A stretch of DNA of 59,597 nucleotides, filler included, from Basidiobolus ranarum (Eukaryota): NCBI GenBank assembly GCA_040143965.1. It is 11 parts of 11 records of this genome, joined end to end, with 100 filler letters (N's around TTAATTAATTAA, not from the genome) between each part and the next. Parts side by side here need not be neighbours in the genome. Positions count along the whole stretch, not along the records: positions 43,456 to 48,775 come from JASJQH010001634.1; positions 48,876 to 54,186 come from JASJQH010001635.1; positions 54,287 to 59,597 come from JASJQH010001636.1; 8 more parts are not named here. One strand, written 5' to 3'. Each line of letters begins with the position of its first letter. Position 1 is the first letter of the stretch. A program made the translations under genes and the position numbers. The notes under the pieces are model-generated. The model had not been told where the DNA came from and did no database searches. It saw only the letters and a list, made by a program, of their open reading frames with translations. Shown piece after piece: positions 46,736-58,743 of this stretch.

Positions 46736-47692
46736 TTAGGCTTTGTTCATCATCACGTTTTCATCTTTGACATCAAAAAATATTCTAAACAACTCACTCA
46801 AATTTTGGACTTGTCCATCCATTCCTACTACCAATCTAGGATTGGGTGCTTCCCCAACTAACATTTGTCCATAACCCCAAGGCTTGAATCTGGATAAACC
46901 AAATAATATTACCTATAGAATAATTAAAGTTCCAGTAAAAAAAGTTATTATATTTATAATTGGAGAAAACCAACCCAAAATTTTGTATTCTTCTGCAACT
47001 TTATAAATTACCGGTGCAATTTTCACAAAACCATCTTCTGGGTTAAATCTTGGGGATGAATATGGATAAAATTTACCGGAAAAAGGATTGCTATATGATT
47101 TAACTGACATTGTATTTATATTATATAATTTTACTCCGTTAATTAACTTTGTTTCTTCTTCGTTAAAATTAACGATAGAAATTGATGAATTACTGTAACT
47201 ACCATATTCTGGCCAACTACAAAAATTTCTATTGTCGTTTGTATCAAAAGGGGTTACATAATAACTCGATGGATACAAATTACTTATATGTATATATCCA
47301 AATGGAAACAAGTTTAATTCTCCTTTTAAACCAGGAAGAATAACGTTTGTAGTATTTAAAACAAACAAAGTATAGCCAGAGCTAAATGGTTTGGTTGTGC
47401 CATTTAAATTGTTACAGTATATTGTAGAAGGATTTAGTTGCGTAAAATCTGTTTCTTTTTTTACGTGATTATATGTAACAAAAGAGACCTCTATTTTCCT
47501 GTTGGAAAAGGTGTCAGTGTTTAATTGTATAACAATTCCCGGGGCGGGTGATGAAAAAGGATTTTTGTTTTCCATTCTTGTAATTAAAACTGGTTGATTA
47601 AGAACAGAATTTATGCAATCATAAGCATAATACCCAAATAAAGATCCAAATGCCAATATAAATATCAACTTCAAACAGTTAGTTTTAGCCAT
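46736..47692 (-). pseudogene. Two-TM channel-like protein (PAC/TMEM206-DEG/ENaC-like architecture), 318 codons with one in-frame TAG at 46913-46915
   Basis: TM1 followed by PVL.....PAPGIVI; large loop; TM2. The frame continues 58 aa past the TAG as VILFGLSRFKPWGYGQ...VQNLSELFRIFFDV to TAA at 46736. Confidence 0.65.
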
Positions 47693-47788
47693 ATTAATTC
47701 TATATTAGATCAACAAAATGCATAAAAAGTTATACGCACCCATTCTCATTTCACGGTTTTGATAATTTAAATTTTTAAAAAAGAGGTA

Positions 47789-48421
47789 TTATTTTGTCAT
47801 ATAATCAGATATGTAAGTAACAAACATTATTAGGCTTGATGTTACACTAAATACATTTAAATTATATGTATTACCATTGTTTGATAGAATATTAATATTA
47901 TTTTTGTTTACTGTAATTACCTGGGATAAACTTAAGGTACCGGTTGGTTTATTAGCTAAACTTGACTTACTAGATAATGTGGAATTTGTTGAACTCGTCA
48001 AAGGGCTTTCATCAACAGAAAAAGTGTTTTGTGGGATCCCAAGAAATCTTGACGTTTTTATGTTACCATTTTCATATTGCTGAATGACAAATTTTGGGTC
48101 TTTGCTGCATTTAGATTTGCACTGTTTTGCCAAGTCTAATATTATTATTAAAGTGGGATTTATGTTGACATCAAACTTGAACTCGCGGATAATATTTCTT
48201 GTATTGTTATATTTATCATCAATGCAATCTGTTTTAACTATACTAATATTTGTGGCTTAATTAAAATTTTTTTGTAAATTATCTGTATTTATTTCAAGAC
48301 TGATTGCATCATTTGACTTTTTTGCATCAATTGTTTCAGTTGGACAGCTTAGATTTTCCACGTCGTTGGTTAAACATATTTGTATAAATGCCCACAGGAT
48401 AATAAGTTTTTTCCAAATCAT
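47789..48421 (-). pseudogene. Secreted/membrane-anchored glycoprotein, 210 codons with one in-frame TAA at 48257-48259
   Basis: ATG 48421 MIWKKLIILWAFIQICLT (signal peptide) is in frame with listed ORF 47789-48133. Cys ectodomain, Ser/Thr stalk and hydrophobic C-terminus match the layout and size of 45025-45663. Confidence 0.7.
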
Positions 48422-48496
48422 AATTATATTTTTGTGTATATATAGATTTCAAATGTATGACACGTAGCTAATTTATTTTTATCGTACAAAGTTATA

Positions 48497-48775
48497 ATGG
48501 GTAGTTGTTTTTCAGGGCTTAATAAGGAAAAAATTTATGAAGATAAAAGAAATGGAAATGTTTCTGGGGCAGTAAACGCAATTGTTGTAGTTGTTACAGG
48601 AAGGGGTAAATCTAGTGTTGCCAATGCATTAGTCCAGCGATCCATAGTTTCTGATAAACAAAATTATTTCCCGATTGGGGCTCGTCGGGTACGAGTAACA
48701 GAAAAGGCTCCTAGCGGGGCAGGATCTGGGTGGAAGGTGGTGGATACTGTAGGTGCATCTGATGGGTATGGAGAT
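48497..48775 (+). CDS. AIG1/TRAFAC-class GTPase-like protein with N-terminal MGSCFS lipidation motif; truncated at contig end
   Basis: G1-like IVVVVTGRGKSSVANAL (first Gly replaced by Val), G2-like RVT, G3 VVDTVG. Confidence 0.72.
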
Positions 48776-48875
48776 NNNNNNNNNNNNNNNNNNNNNNNNN
48801 NNNNNNNNNNNNNNNNNNNTTAATTAATTAANNNNNNNNNNNNNNNNNNNNNNNNNNNNNNNNNNNNNNNNNNNN

Positions 48876-49720
48876 TAAATGATTTCCATTTGTTCTGTGA
48901 TGGTGCAGTCTGTCTTATCAAAATTGAATTTTAGACCTTCTGAGGTGGCCTTGCATACAGATATTAAGTTCTTGGCAATATCTGGATCATCTAATATATC
49001 CATAAAAGTATACATTTTTTCTTCAGAAACTCCAGTGAAATTGACTTGAATTGTTCCCACTCCAGTAGCATCCAATATGTGGTCATCTCCCATGAAAACC
49101 TTTCTAATTGGGATTTCTTTATAATCCACAAACCAATGTTTTTCATTTGGGAAACATTGGGAGGCTCCAGAATCAATATACCACATCTGAAAATCCTTGT
49201 TGGTAATCATAGATAGAGCAGATTTGAACAAGTGATCTTCTGTTGTAACCACATTTCCAAATTCAGCATGTTTTTCTTCTTGTGCAATTTTTTTGAAGCA
49301 ATCTTTGCTTAAATGGCCAGTTCTTTAACAGTAATACCAGAATGTGTTACTTTTCTTCTTTAAGTGCTTTTGACCTTGATAGGAAGGTTTCCCATAGCCA
49401 ATTACAGCATTTTCTTCATTCTTTTTGCTGTATATTGATTTTCATAAATCTTCATCCAGAGGTCTGCCAAATACATAATCTAAGGTCTAATTTTCAGTTG
49501 TTGATTCTAGGGCTATTAATAGGCTCTGAAACTTTTGTGGCAGGCTATTTAGGACTGTGTCTATGATATCATGATCAATAGTAGGTACTCCAATTCATTC
49601 CATTTTATCCATAAAATAGTGACACTATTAATTGGTGATTTAATATACTCTCCTGGTTCATGTTTAAGTTGAAGATTTTTCTTCTTAGAAACATCTTGTT
49701 GGCAGCAGAAGTTGTTTGAG
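48876..49720 (-). pseudogene. Copia family B gag-protease remnant
   Basis: WYIDSGASQ...VFMGDDHILDATGVGTI...PDIAKNLISV. Confidence 0.88.
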
Positions 49721-49769
49721 AGGTGTCAAATAAAACTAAATTGAATCTATATGAAGACTATATACTTTG

Positions 49770-50710
49770 ATAACATCACAGGCAGCTGTTTTCAAGCTCT
49801 GGAGACATCAAATTTGCTCCAAGTTTTGCCCTAATTCATTCTGATATATGTGGGCTTTTAAAATGTTTCAATAGGTGGCAAAAGGTACTTTATGACCTTG
49901 GTTGATGACAAAACAAGGTATACTTAGGTATTCTCTCTCAAATCAAAACATGTGGCCATAAGTTTGTTTAAGCATTACAAAGCAATGACAGAGAAAGAAT
50001 TGGCACAAAAATAAGTCTACTTTGTAGTGATATTGGTGGAGTATTTTGCTCAAAGAACATAGCAAGCTTTTGCTATAAGCTTAGAATTAAGCATTGAACC
50101 TCTGTATCTAAAGCTTCTAAAAAAAGTGGAGTTGCAGAACATGTTATATAGAATCATAGTGGAGATGGAAACAGCAATGTTGCATGTTCAGAAGCTAGAC
50201 TGCCAATATTGGGCTGAATCTGCGTCCATTGCAGTCTATAGCAAAAACCAGTGCCCCACATGTTTTGTACAAAATTCTACTTCATATGAAGTCCAATATT
50301 AATCAAAACCAGATGTGGATCTCACAAACTTTGGTTGCTCAATATATTTCCTAATTTCAGCTTAAAATGCTCTTAATAGGAAGCCAAAAGCAGTAAATGT
50401 ATTTTTCTTGGTTACTATGATGGATGTAAACCCTGCAGACTGTTTGCTATCAAAACTCAAAAGTCAAGTACATGTAAGGATGTAACACTTGATGAAAAAA
50501 CAAACTTTGCCCTCAAGTCACAGATCTTAAACCAGATAGCACAATCCAAACAATTTGGGAAGTGTCTCACCAAAATCTAGCTTTATATGATTGCAATTCA
50601 ATCAAGAATATAGCCTAATTACATCAAAAAATATGCTGAATCTGGCAGGTCATCTAGAGGTAAAATATGCCAGGGATATGGTGGAACACTTCCAACAATG
50701 ATATGCATAC
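49770..50710 (+). pseudogene. Copia family A integrase remnant
   Basis: LIHSDICG, LVDDKTRY, SGVAE, YWAESASIAVY; collinear with 19980-20970. Confidence 0.85.
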
Positions 50711-50739
50711 ATGCATTAGATACTCAAGTTTTACTGAAT

Positions 50740-53330
50740 TAAATATGTGTTATTAATAGTTTACTATGGAACAAGAGTGTTAGTTGTGCTTGGATCATAA
50801 TGAACATGCCAGTTGAGCATGGGTAAAATTTGAGGTGATTTGAAGAAGTTTTGGGAAAATGTTGAAAATTGGTAAAAGTATCTAATTAATACTTCTATCA
50901 ATTAGAGCATAAACTCATTTTTTTGAGTGGCAGAATTGAGTGCTAGATAATCAGAATATGAGTGAGCTAACTACTCAATAATGATTTGCTATTTACCTAA
51001 TTTCAACATTCCTACTCAACCACTTATTTTGTATTTCTCTTAAACCTTACACATATCTTGATAGTTCAAATTGTACTCTTGCTTTGGGTGGAGTTAAAAT
51101 GTCAGCAATCATTTCTTGAGTTGGGGACTAAACAAGTTCAATTAGATCATTCTGTGTTTTTTCTGTAACAAAATGATGCCTAATATTTACATGTGTAGTC
51201 CTAGCCTGAAATGTAGGGTTTTTAGACAATACAATGCAACTTTGATTGTCTTCAAATACATCATTAGCACATTTTGCATTTATCTCAAGTATGTGAATAG
51301 CTCTCTTAACCACATAGCTTCCTGTAAAGTAACAGAGGCAGTCATATAATCTGTTTCAATGGTGGAAAGTGCTACAGTTGGTTGCTTCTTACTATTCCAT
51401 GTTATGGCACCTTTACCATAGAGAAAAGTGTGCCCAGTAGTTCATCTTCTATCATCAAGGTTTCTTCCCCAGTCTGCATTACTGTTGCCTTCAAAAATAC
51501 CTATGTCAGGAGTGCCAAAATATTCCAGAACTAGATTTACAGTGCCTCCGAAACACCTGAATATTTGTTTTACTGCAGTTTTGTGCTCAGATTGTGAAGA
51601 TTTGAGATATTGGCTTACAGTTCCTACTACTGCAACAATGTCAAAATGTATTCCAGCCACTGTTTACAATACACCCCTCCAATCATTGATTGATAAGGGA
51701 ATGCATGGCTTTGATTTCTGTCATTTTGGGCTAATTCACAAGAAAATCTTGGTAATTTCACATTGATTTAAATTGCCATTGATACAGGCTTGCTATTTTG
51801 CTTGTTGAAGCATTTTAAAATGCCTTGGATGTGCCTAGAGTGATTTAGCATGACTTTCTGATTAGGTTTATCTCTCTTGACTTTGATTGCCAGGATATAA
51901 CTGAATTTTTTCATATCAGTCATCTGAAATGGTTTTGATAAGCTGCTTTTTGTTTAAATTAAATGCTTCTTGATCATATGTGGCTACAATTAAGTCATCC
52001 ACATATAGTGCAAAGATTGGGATCCTATTTCTTGTTGCTTTGAATTAAATACTGTGTTATGCTGCACAGTTTTGAAATTCCAGCAATTCCAAATAAGTAG
52101 CTATCTTGTTACATCATGCCCTAAGTGCTTGCTTGAGTCTATATAGCAATTCTTGCAGCTTACAGATCATAACAGGGTGTCTTAGGTAAATAAATCCATC
52201 TAGTTGCTCAATACAGAACACCTCTCCTTGATATCCATTCAGAAAGGCTGTTTTACATCCATTTGATGTACACAAAGGTTATGGATGGCTGAAAGTGCCA
52301 ATATTGATCTTATGGAACAAAATTTAGTTACTGGAGCAAATGCTTATCAAAATCAACTCCAGGAGGCTTGAAATAACCTTTTGCAAATAGTATTGCTCTG
52401 TACCTTTCTATGGTTCCCTCAGCTTGGCTTTTGACTTTGACAACACATTTGCAACTGATTGGCTCTCTTCCTGATGGTAGAGGACTTAAAACCCATGATT
52501 ATTGTCCTGAAGTGCACAAAACTCACCAGATATTGCTCTTTCCCATGATTTTGATTCTTAAAATTCCTCCTTCTGCATGAAGTTCTAGGTCCAGAATCAT
52601 CCTCTGATGTAATTGAAGCCAGAATATGGGCTGCATTGGGCTCAGATACAGCTAGATTCTGGGCAGACACTTCCTGAATTGTGCTAAACGTGTTATCTGG
52701 TTTAGGAACTGCAACTTTAGGGGAAAGTTTGTTTTTTCATCAAATATCATATCTCTACACTTACTTAACTTGCTATTTTTGGTATCAACCAGTCTGTAGG
52801 CCTTAGATCCATCATGTTAACCTCAATATATGAATTTTCTGCTTACAGATTCCAATTACAGGCACTTTTAAACTGGAATTTGGCAATATGCTGAGCAACA
52901 AACAATACTGAGATGATCTACACTTGATTTTGATCCATATATGGCTTTGATTGGGGTTGAAAATGGTAGCAAGCTTGTTAAGCTTCCATTTTTGATATAC
53001 ACTGTAGTTGAGACAGATTCAGCCCAATATTGGTAATCTAACTTTTGATCATATAAGCTTGATTGTGCCATCTCCACTATGGTTCTATTGGCAAATTCTG
53101 CAAAGCCATTTTGCTGTGTAGTTTAAGTTATGGTGACTTGTTCCTAATTCTTTATTTAGAATAAAAACTAGCAAAGTCTTTAATGCAGCATTCTTCAGCA
53201 ATATCACTCCTAGCTAACATTACTATGAGTGCTAATTTTTTTATGCCATTGCTTTGTAGTGCTCAAATACAGCTAAGGCTTCAGAATTTGCTTAGAGAAA
53301 GAAAACCCAAGTAAATCAAGTTTTGTCTAC
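50740..53330 (-). mobile_element. Copia family A 3' portion: integrase-RT-RNase H remnant, PPT and 3' LTR (50740-51008)
   Basis: Minus strand EMAQSSL, ALYVDDLIVA, SNADWG...DDRR, EDNQSCI...RTTHVNIRHHFV; then GAGTAGGAA + TGTTGAAA. Confidence 0.9.
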
Positions 53331-53334
53331 AATA

Positions 53335-54186
53335 TATTGAAATTAAGCAAATAGCAACTTAGTATTTAGTAGCTACTATATTCATATTCTGCTTATTTAG
53401 CACTCAAATCTGTCAATGAAAAACATGTGTTATTATTCTAATTGATAGATATATCATTTAGTTCACTTTTATCAATTTTCACTATTTTCCCAAACTTCTC
53501 CAAATCATCTCAAATTTTCACCAATGCTTAACAGGCATTTTTGTTAAGATCTAAGCATGTACAATAGTCCTATCTCTAAGTATACTATAAATAGGACATA
53601 ATCAATTCAATACAACTTAAGTGCTTAATTCACAAATCCATATCTTGTCCAAAACACTTCCAAGTCCCCTAAACACTTTTATCACATTGTGAGCCACAAG
53701 ATAGCTATTAATGAAATGTCTACCAGTACTATTACCACATTTTGGCATCCACAGAAAAGTTAGATGGTGATGACTTTCACCTTGGGAAGTTCAAGAGGCA
53801 AATGGTGCTGGTGGAGAAGGACCTTTGGGGATTTTTTTACAGCAGAAGAAATAGAGTCAAAGGGACCACCAGAAGTTATCCTTGCCATTCATAAGAAGCA
53901 GAGGAAAGCACTCTCTACACTTTGTCCATATCTTAGAGACTCTCAATTAAGACACATACAATTGGCAAAAATGTCCAAAATGCTTGGGAAACAATTGAGG
54001 GACTATATGAGACAAAGGTTTTGCTAATAGTCTATTTCTTAGGAAGAAACTATGCTCAATTCAGATGAATTCTGATGATTATATGCTTAATCATAAAAAT
54101 CCAATAAAAACTATGGAAGCGCAGCTCCCCTCCATTGGAGCGCCTAGTAATGAAGATGCCGTTGTCATGACACTACTTGGGAGCCG
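53335..54186 (+). mobile_element. Copia family A 5' LTR, degenerate PBS and gag remnant
   Basis: Collinear with 18219-19070; ...ACTTTTATCA then CATTGTGAGCC; KKQRKALSTLC. Confidence 0.88.
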
Positions 54187-54286
54187 NNNNNNNNNNNNNN
54201 NNNNNNNNNNNNNNNNNNNNNNNNNNNNNNTTAATTAATTAANNNNNNNNNNNNNNNNNNNNNNNNNNNNNNNNNNNNNNNNNNNN

Positions 54287-55897
54287 GTGAGCCTCAGTAG
54301 TGGCTTCAGTAGGCTTGTGAGACTCTATAGTGGCCTCAGTAAGCTTATGAGAGTCAGTATTGGCTTCGGTGGGCTTGTGGGACTCGGTAGTGGCTTCGGT
54401 AGGCTTGTGAGAATCAGTAGAAACTGCAGTAGATTGGTGAGAGTCAGTAGGGGCTTTAGTATGTTTGTGGGATTCAGTTGTAGCCTTAGAAGGTTTGTGA
54501 GAGTGAGTAGAAACTTCAGTAGACTTGTGAGACTCAGTGGTTGCCTTTGGAGTAGAGGCTACAGTAGCCTTGTGAGATTCGGTTGTAGCATCGGAAGGCT
54601 TGTGAGAGTCAGTAGAGGCTTTAGTAGGTTTGTGAGTTTCAGTTGTAGCCTTAGAAGGTTTTTGAGAGTGAATAGGAACTTCAGTAGACTTGTGAGACTC
54701 AGTAGTAGCTTTAGTAGGCTCGGTAGTGGCTTTAGTAGACTCGTGAGACTCAGTAGTTGCCTTTGAAGTAGAGGCTACAGCGGCCTTGTGAGATTCAGTT
54801 GTAGCCTTAGAAGGTTTGTGAGAGTGCGTAGAAACTTCAGTAGACTTGTGAGACTCGCTAGTGGCTTTAGTAGACTCGTGAGACTCGGTAGTGGCTTTAG
54901 TAGACCCGTGAGACTCAGCAGTTTCCTTTGAAGTAGAGGATTCAGTGGCCTTGTGAGATTCAGTTGTTGCCTTTGAAGGTTTGTGAGAGTCAGTAGAAGC
55001 TTCAGCAGACTTGTGAGATTCAGTAGTGGCTTTTGTAGTAGAGGCTGCAGTGGCCTTGTGAGAGTCGGTTGTAGCCTTGGTAGGCTTGTGAGAGTCAGAA
55101 GTAACCTCGGTGAGCTTGTGAGAGCTGGTGGTGGCTACGGTAGACTTATGAGCTGTAGAGGAGCTGCCAGAAGTAGTATTAACCTTGTGCTCATTGTACC
55201 AATTGCAAATTGGGCTCATTAGGCGTGAAGCATTTGTTGCTGCTTCAATACCACATTTTTTCAAAGCGCACCACCCGCTCTCTGCTAAGAAGTCGGCATG
55301 TCCTGGATTATCAGAATCGCAGAGGCAAGAGAATGATTCCACAAAGTAAGGACTATTTTCATCTTGGGTATAGTGAGACCAGCATTTCTTTCCTGCTTCT
55401 AGAGAGCAGTTATCGATGCATTTGTTGGGATTATGGAACGGAAAATGGTTCGCTCCCTTTGTTCCGGTAGGCTGACTCTCCGAGGTTGAGGTAGGCTTTT
55501 GTGTTTCAGTTGATTTGGAAGCTGTGCTAGAAGCGGTAGACTTGTTTTCAGTAGACTTGGGGGTAGGTTTGTTCTTATTGTACCAAGCGCATATTTCACC
55601 TTCTGTGTAATCTTCGTAGATGGCCCTTTCTACCAACCAGCATGTTGCACTCATGCATGTGTTTATACTGTTCATAAATGTGGTATGTCCAGGATTGGTA
55701 GAATCACAAAGGCAAGACAGAGATTCAATAAAGTTAGGGCTGTTTGGATCCTGAGTATAGTCAGCATAGCACACCTTTCCGGCTTTTTCGTTACAAGAGG
55801 TGACACAACTCGGCACATAAGTATTGGGAAAATCTACGTTAGCAGAGACAAATCCAAAGGCAGCAAGGCCTGCAAATATGGAAGTAGTAAAATGCAT
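54287..55897 (-). CDS. Secreted protein with two Cys-rich domains and a long His/Thr/Ser/Lys 10-aa repeat stalk; C-terminus cut by contig end
   Basis: Signal peptide MHFTTSIFAGLAAFGFVSA; two copies of C...C...AGK.C...YTQD.NSP.F.ES.SCLCDS.NPGH..F.....C....C...........IC.WYN; many 30-nt repeats encoding KATTESHKST/EVSTHSHKPS. Confidence 0.9.
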
Positions 55898-57376
55898 TTT
55901 ACTGAACTTTTTTGGCGGCTATCACAGGAGATAATCAAAATATTTATAGTATTTCGATTTTCAAGTATAAAAATGTCTTGGCATAGACGAAGACTGGAAA
56001 GGTGGTTTAATCGCAAGTTGCACTTACTGATAAGTGATATTTGATGTTTATTATTCGACCAGGCTCAAGTGGAGCCCTAACGGGAAACAGTTTAGAGTAT
56101 CTGCATAAACCTGGACTTTGGTACAGATAAGGCTTATTTGGAAATTTTAGGATATCAATTTTAATGGCCCACAATTTTAATCAGCCACCATGGACACCAC
56201 CAATGCATATAATAAAGATTGAAACTGTTGGATTATCTGCTTAGAACGACACCAACAGAAAGCCACAGCTACTTGGATGTTGTGTTAGATAGTACCAATA
56301 GGCTGAGAACTGTTGGAAATTTCTTAATCGTCTAAGAAGTCTGTGACTAATGGAATGTAAGAGCTACCTAGCCGCTATATTATTCTCTTTGAGAACAGAG
56401 TCCTCAAGAAATATTGATGATATTATCTGAATATACCAAGGAAACTACCGATAAGGTCTTGGTTCTGGCCGAGGATAATAGAGCGTTTATTATCAGCGCC
56501 GAGTAGACGTTTTCTTCAATACTAACGTAGAACACCTCTGACTTAGTCTGGTGAAGTAATGGGCTTATATGCAGTGTGATGATTTCCGAGATGATAAATG
56601 ATAATACCTAGGTTTTTACCTGACTAATGTCCTATTTGTAAATAGATTCTAGGCTGTTGCTTAACATATATTCACATAGTTTAGAAGAAGTGTGTGAAAA
56701 GCACCAATTCTTCTAGCTCTCCCCTTCCGACATCTCCCAAAAAGATTAGTTGCATTGATCCCACTTTGCTATATGGATTTCTAATTGCAAGGCAAACACA
56801 TCTTGTATCCATCAATTTTATTTGTGATTTACCCATTTTTTTCACTAAAATTAAGTAAACTGTCAAAATATCTGAAGGGGATACTTCTAAGTAGTAACTT
56901 TCTCCAGCATTGTACAGTGAATCGGTATATTCCTTCTATATAGCCAGTTGCAATAAAATGATTGAACATTTCTGAGGGATGCGATTGGTACTAGTGAGCA
57001 GGCTTTATATTAAGCATACAACGGGAATGGCTTAAACTGTAATAAAAACAATTCGGATCTAAATACCCAGTATTTGGAAATTACCCAGTATTTGGAAATG
57101 TAGGCAACAATTTATAATTTTAGTGTAAGACATGTTAAGCTCAAAAGTGATTCTCCAACTCGAACAAAATGAATGTGTGCAACATCACATGAGTAGTAGA
57201 ATCCCCAGCATGATGTCGAAAGTTCTACTTAGGCTGTGCAAAAGTAATATTGTTGTTTGAAAAATACGTGTAAAAAAAGCGGATCGGTTATGCGCGCTAG
57301 TGTACAAAGACGTGGTAATATTATAAAATCTTAAAATTCCAAAATTTTATTTTCTTATCATTATGTAGTATTGACC

Positions 57377-57870
57377 TTGTGCCAACTGTACCAATTGTAA
57401 ATTGGGATCCGTAGATGTGGAGCGTTAATTGCGGTCTCAAAACCACATTTTTTGAAAGCGCATAACCCGCTATCGGTAATGAATTCTATATATTCTGGAT
57501 TATCGGAATCGCAAAGGCAAGAGAAACATTGCACAAAGTAAGGACTATTTTCGTCCTACTTCCATGGAGCACTCATCGATGCATTTTTTGGGGTTCCTCA
57601 ACGAAAAATGTTTTGCTCCCTTTGTTCCGGTAGGCTGACTCTCAGAGGTCGTAGTAGTCTTGCGAGATTTAATTATAGCCCAAGTACACTGGTAAGTATA
57701 AGGAAAGTTTACTGCTGCAGTAATGTGTATAACGGCAGAAAGACCAGAAGTACCTTAGTAGCGAAGTACATTCTATAAATCCTTGTGTTGATTTGCACAA
57801 TTCTAAGATGAGGGTCAATGTATAGGTTACTTTACGAATGTCTTGGCATAAATGATGACTCGGTACACTC
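57377..57870 (-). pseudogene. Decayed paralog of the N-terminal/Cys-rich part of 54287-55897
   Basis: GCTCCCTTTGTTCCGGTAGGCTGACTCTC, CACAAAGTAAGGACTATTTTC and TGTACCAATTG.AAATTGGG are shared with 55185-55490. Promoter-side AATGTCTTGGCATA is shared with 55972; deletions present. Confidence 0.85.
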
Positions 57871-58743
57871 TTCTCCCAAAGTTCACCTAACTTTTATTCA
57901 TTGACATAGTTTGCCAGTCGTAGATAGGACTTATTTGTCTGGTTATAATCATTTATAGTGAACATTGAGCTAGATGCATCGGGAAAATATCTAACAAACC
58001 CCAGATTATTAATTTTAGTTTTATATGCTAAACTAGATACAGAACAGAGCATGTGCAAATTTAGTTCGTAGATCTAGTTTCTACTGAGATTGGTAGCCGT
58101 TGGAGAGTAACCATATTTACCACTACCAGTACGAAAAAGGCTTGATAAGCGAACTTAGTATTCTCCCAAATAGGGTAACCCAATTTCTTACATCTAGACT
58201 CAGATGTAGATTTACCATTTACAAAGCAAAATGCCATTGCTACTTACCTCCATTACTGCTGATAGTAATACTAGCGCCAACCACGGCATATTAACCACAG
58301 CATACTGTACCTGGAGCGTATGGCTATAATGCCAAGAACTCCTGTAATGCGAGATATGTGCATGCCACCTGCAAGATACTACAACTAATATATTGAGCCA
58401 CCGCCTTAAAAGTATGATTTTAGTATGCAACGTTAGTGTGAATATTTTTGCCATGGAGCCACGACTTGGTATTTTATACAAATACCATGCAGAAAAGGAG
58501 TTTACAATTGACGGAATGTCGAATATTCCTTGGTAACCCTAATAAATATGTTAGCGCTGCCAAATATAGAGTTCCTAATTGAGCATGTCTAGAGTACGGC
58601 AAGATCCTGAAATATTGGCTTTATTTCTTTACCAAAGGATAAGTGTCAGGGGAAACCCAATACTCATTATTTCTTTACCCGCATCATATAAGATATAATA
58701 TTCGAGAATATGTGGCAGTAGAGAAAGAGAAGGCAGATACGTT

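Noticed and set aside
46736-48421. Alternative genetic code (TAA/TAG to Gln) explaining the two in-frame stops on contig 9
   Set aside because: Neighbouring genes end cleanly in TAA before non-coding DNA and use CAA for Gln. An AT-rich recoded genome would show many more internal TAAs. Single nonsense mutations or sequencing errors are simpler.
5342-54286. Regularly spaced TTAATTAATTAA cassette as a biological repeat, CRISPR or att site; ORFs ending in XXXX-LIN
   Set aside because: Artificial six-frame-stop linker between size-sorted contigs. ORFs crossing it are artefacts, and synteny across linkers is meaningless.
54287-55222. Arg/Ser/Val-rich plus-strand ORFs (54287-54766, 54983-55222, 59218-59472)
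   Set aside because: Antisense readings of the 30-nt coding repeats.
57064-57099. Short direct duplication TACCCAGTATTTGGAAAT x2
   Set aside because: Isolated slippage-type duplication in intergenic DNA with no further structure.
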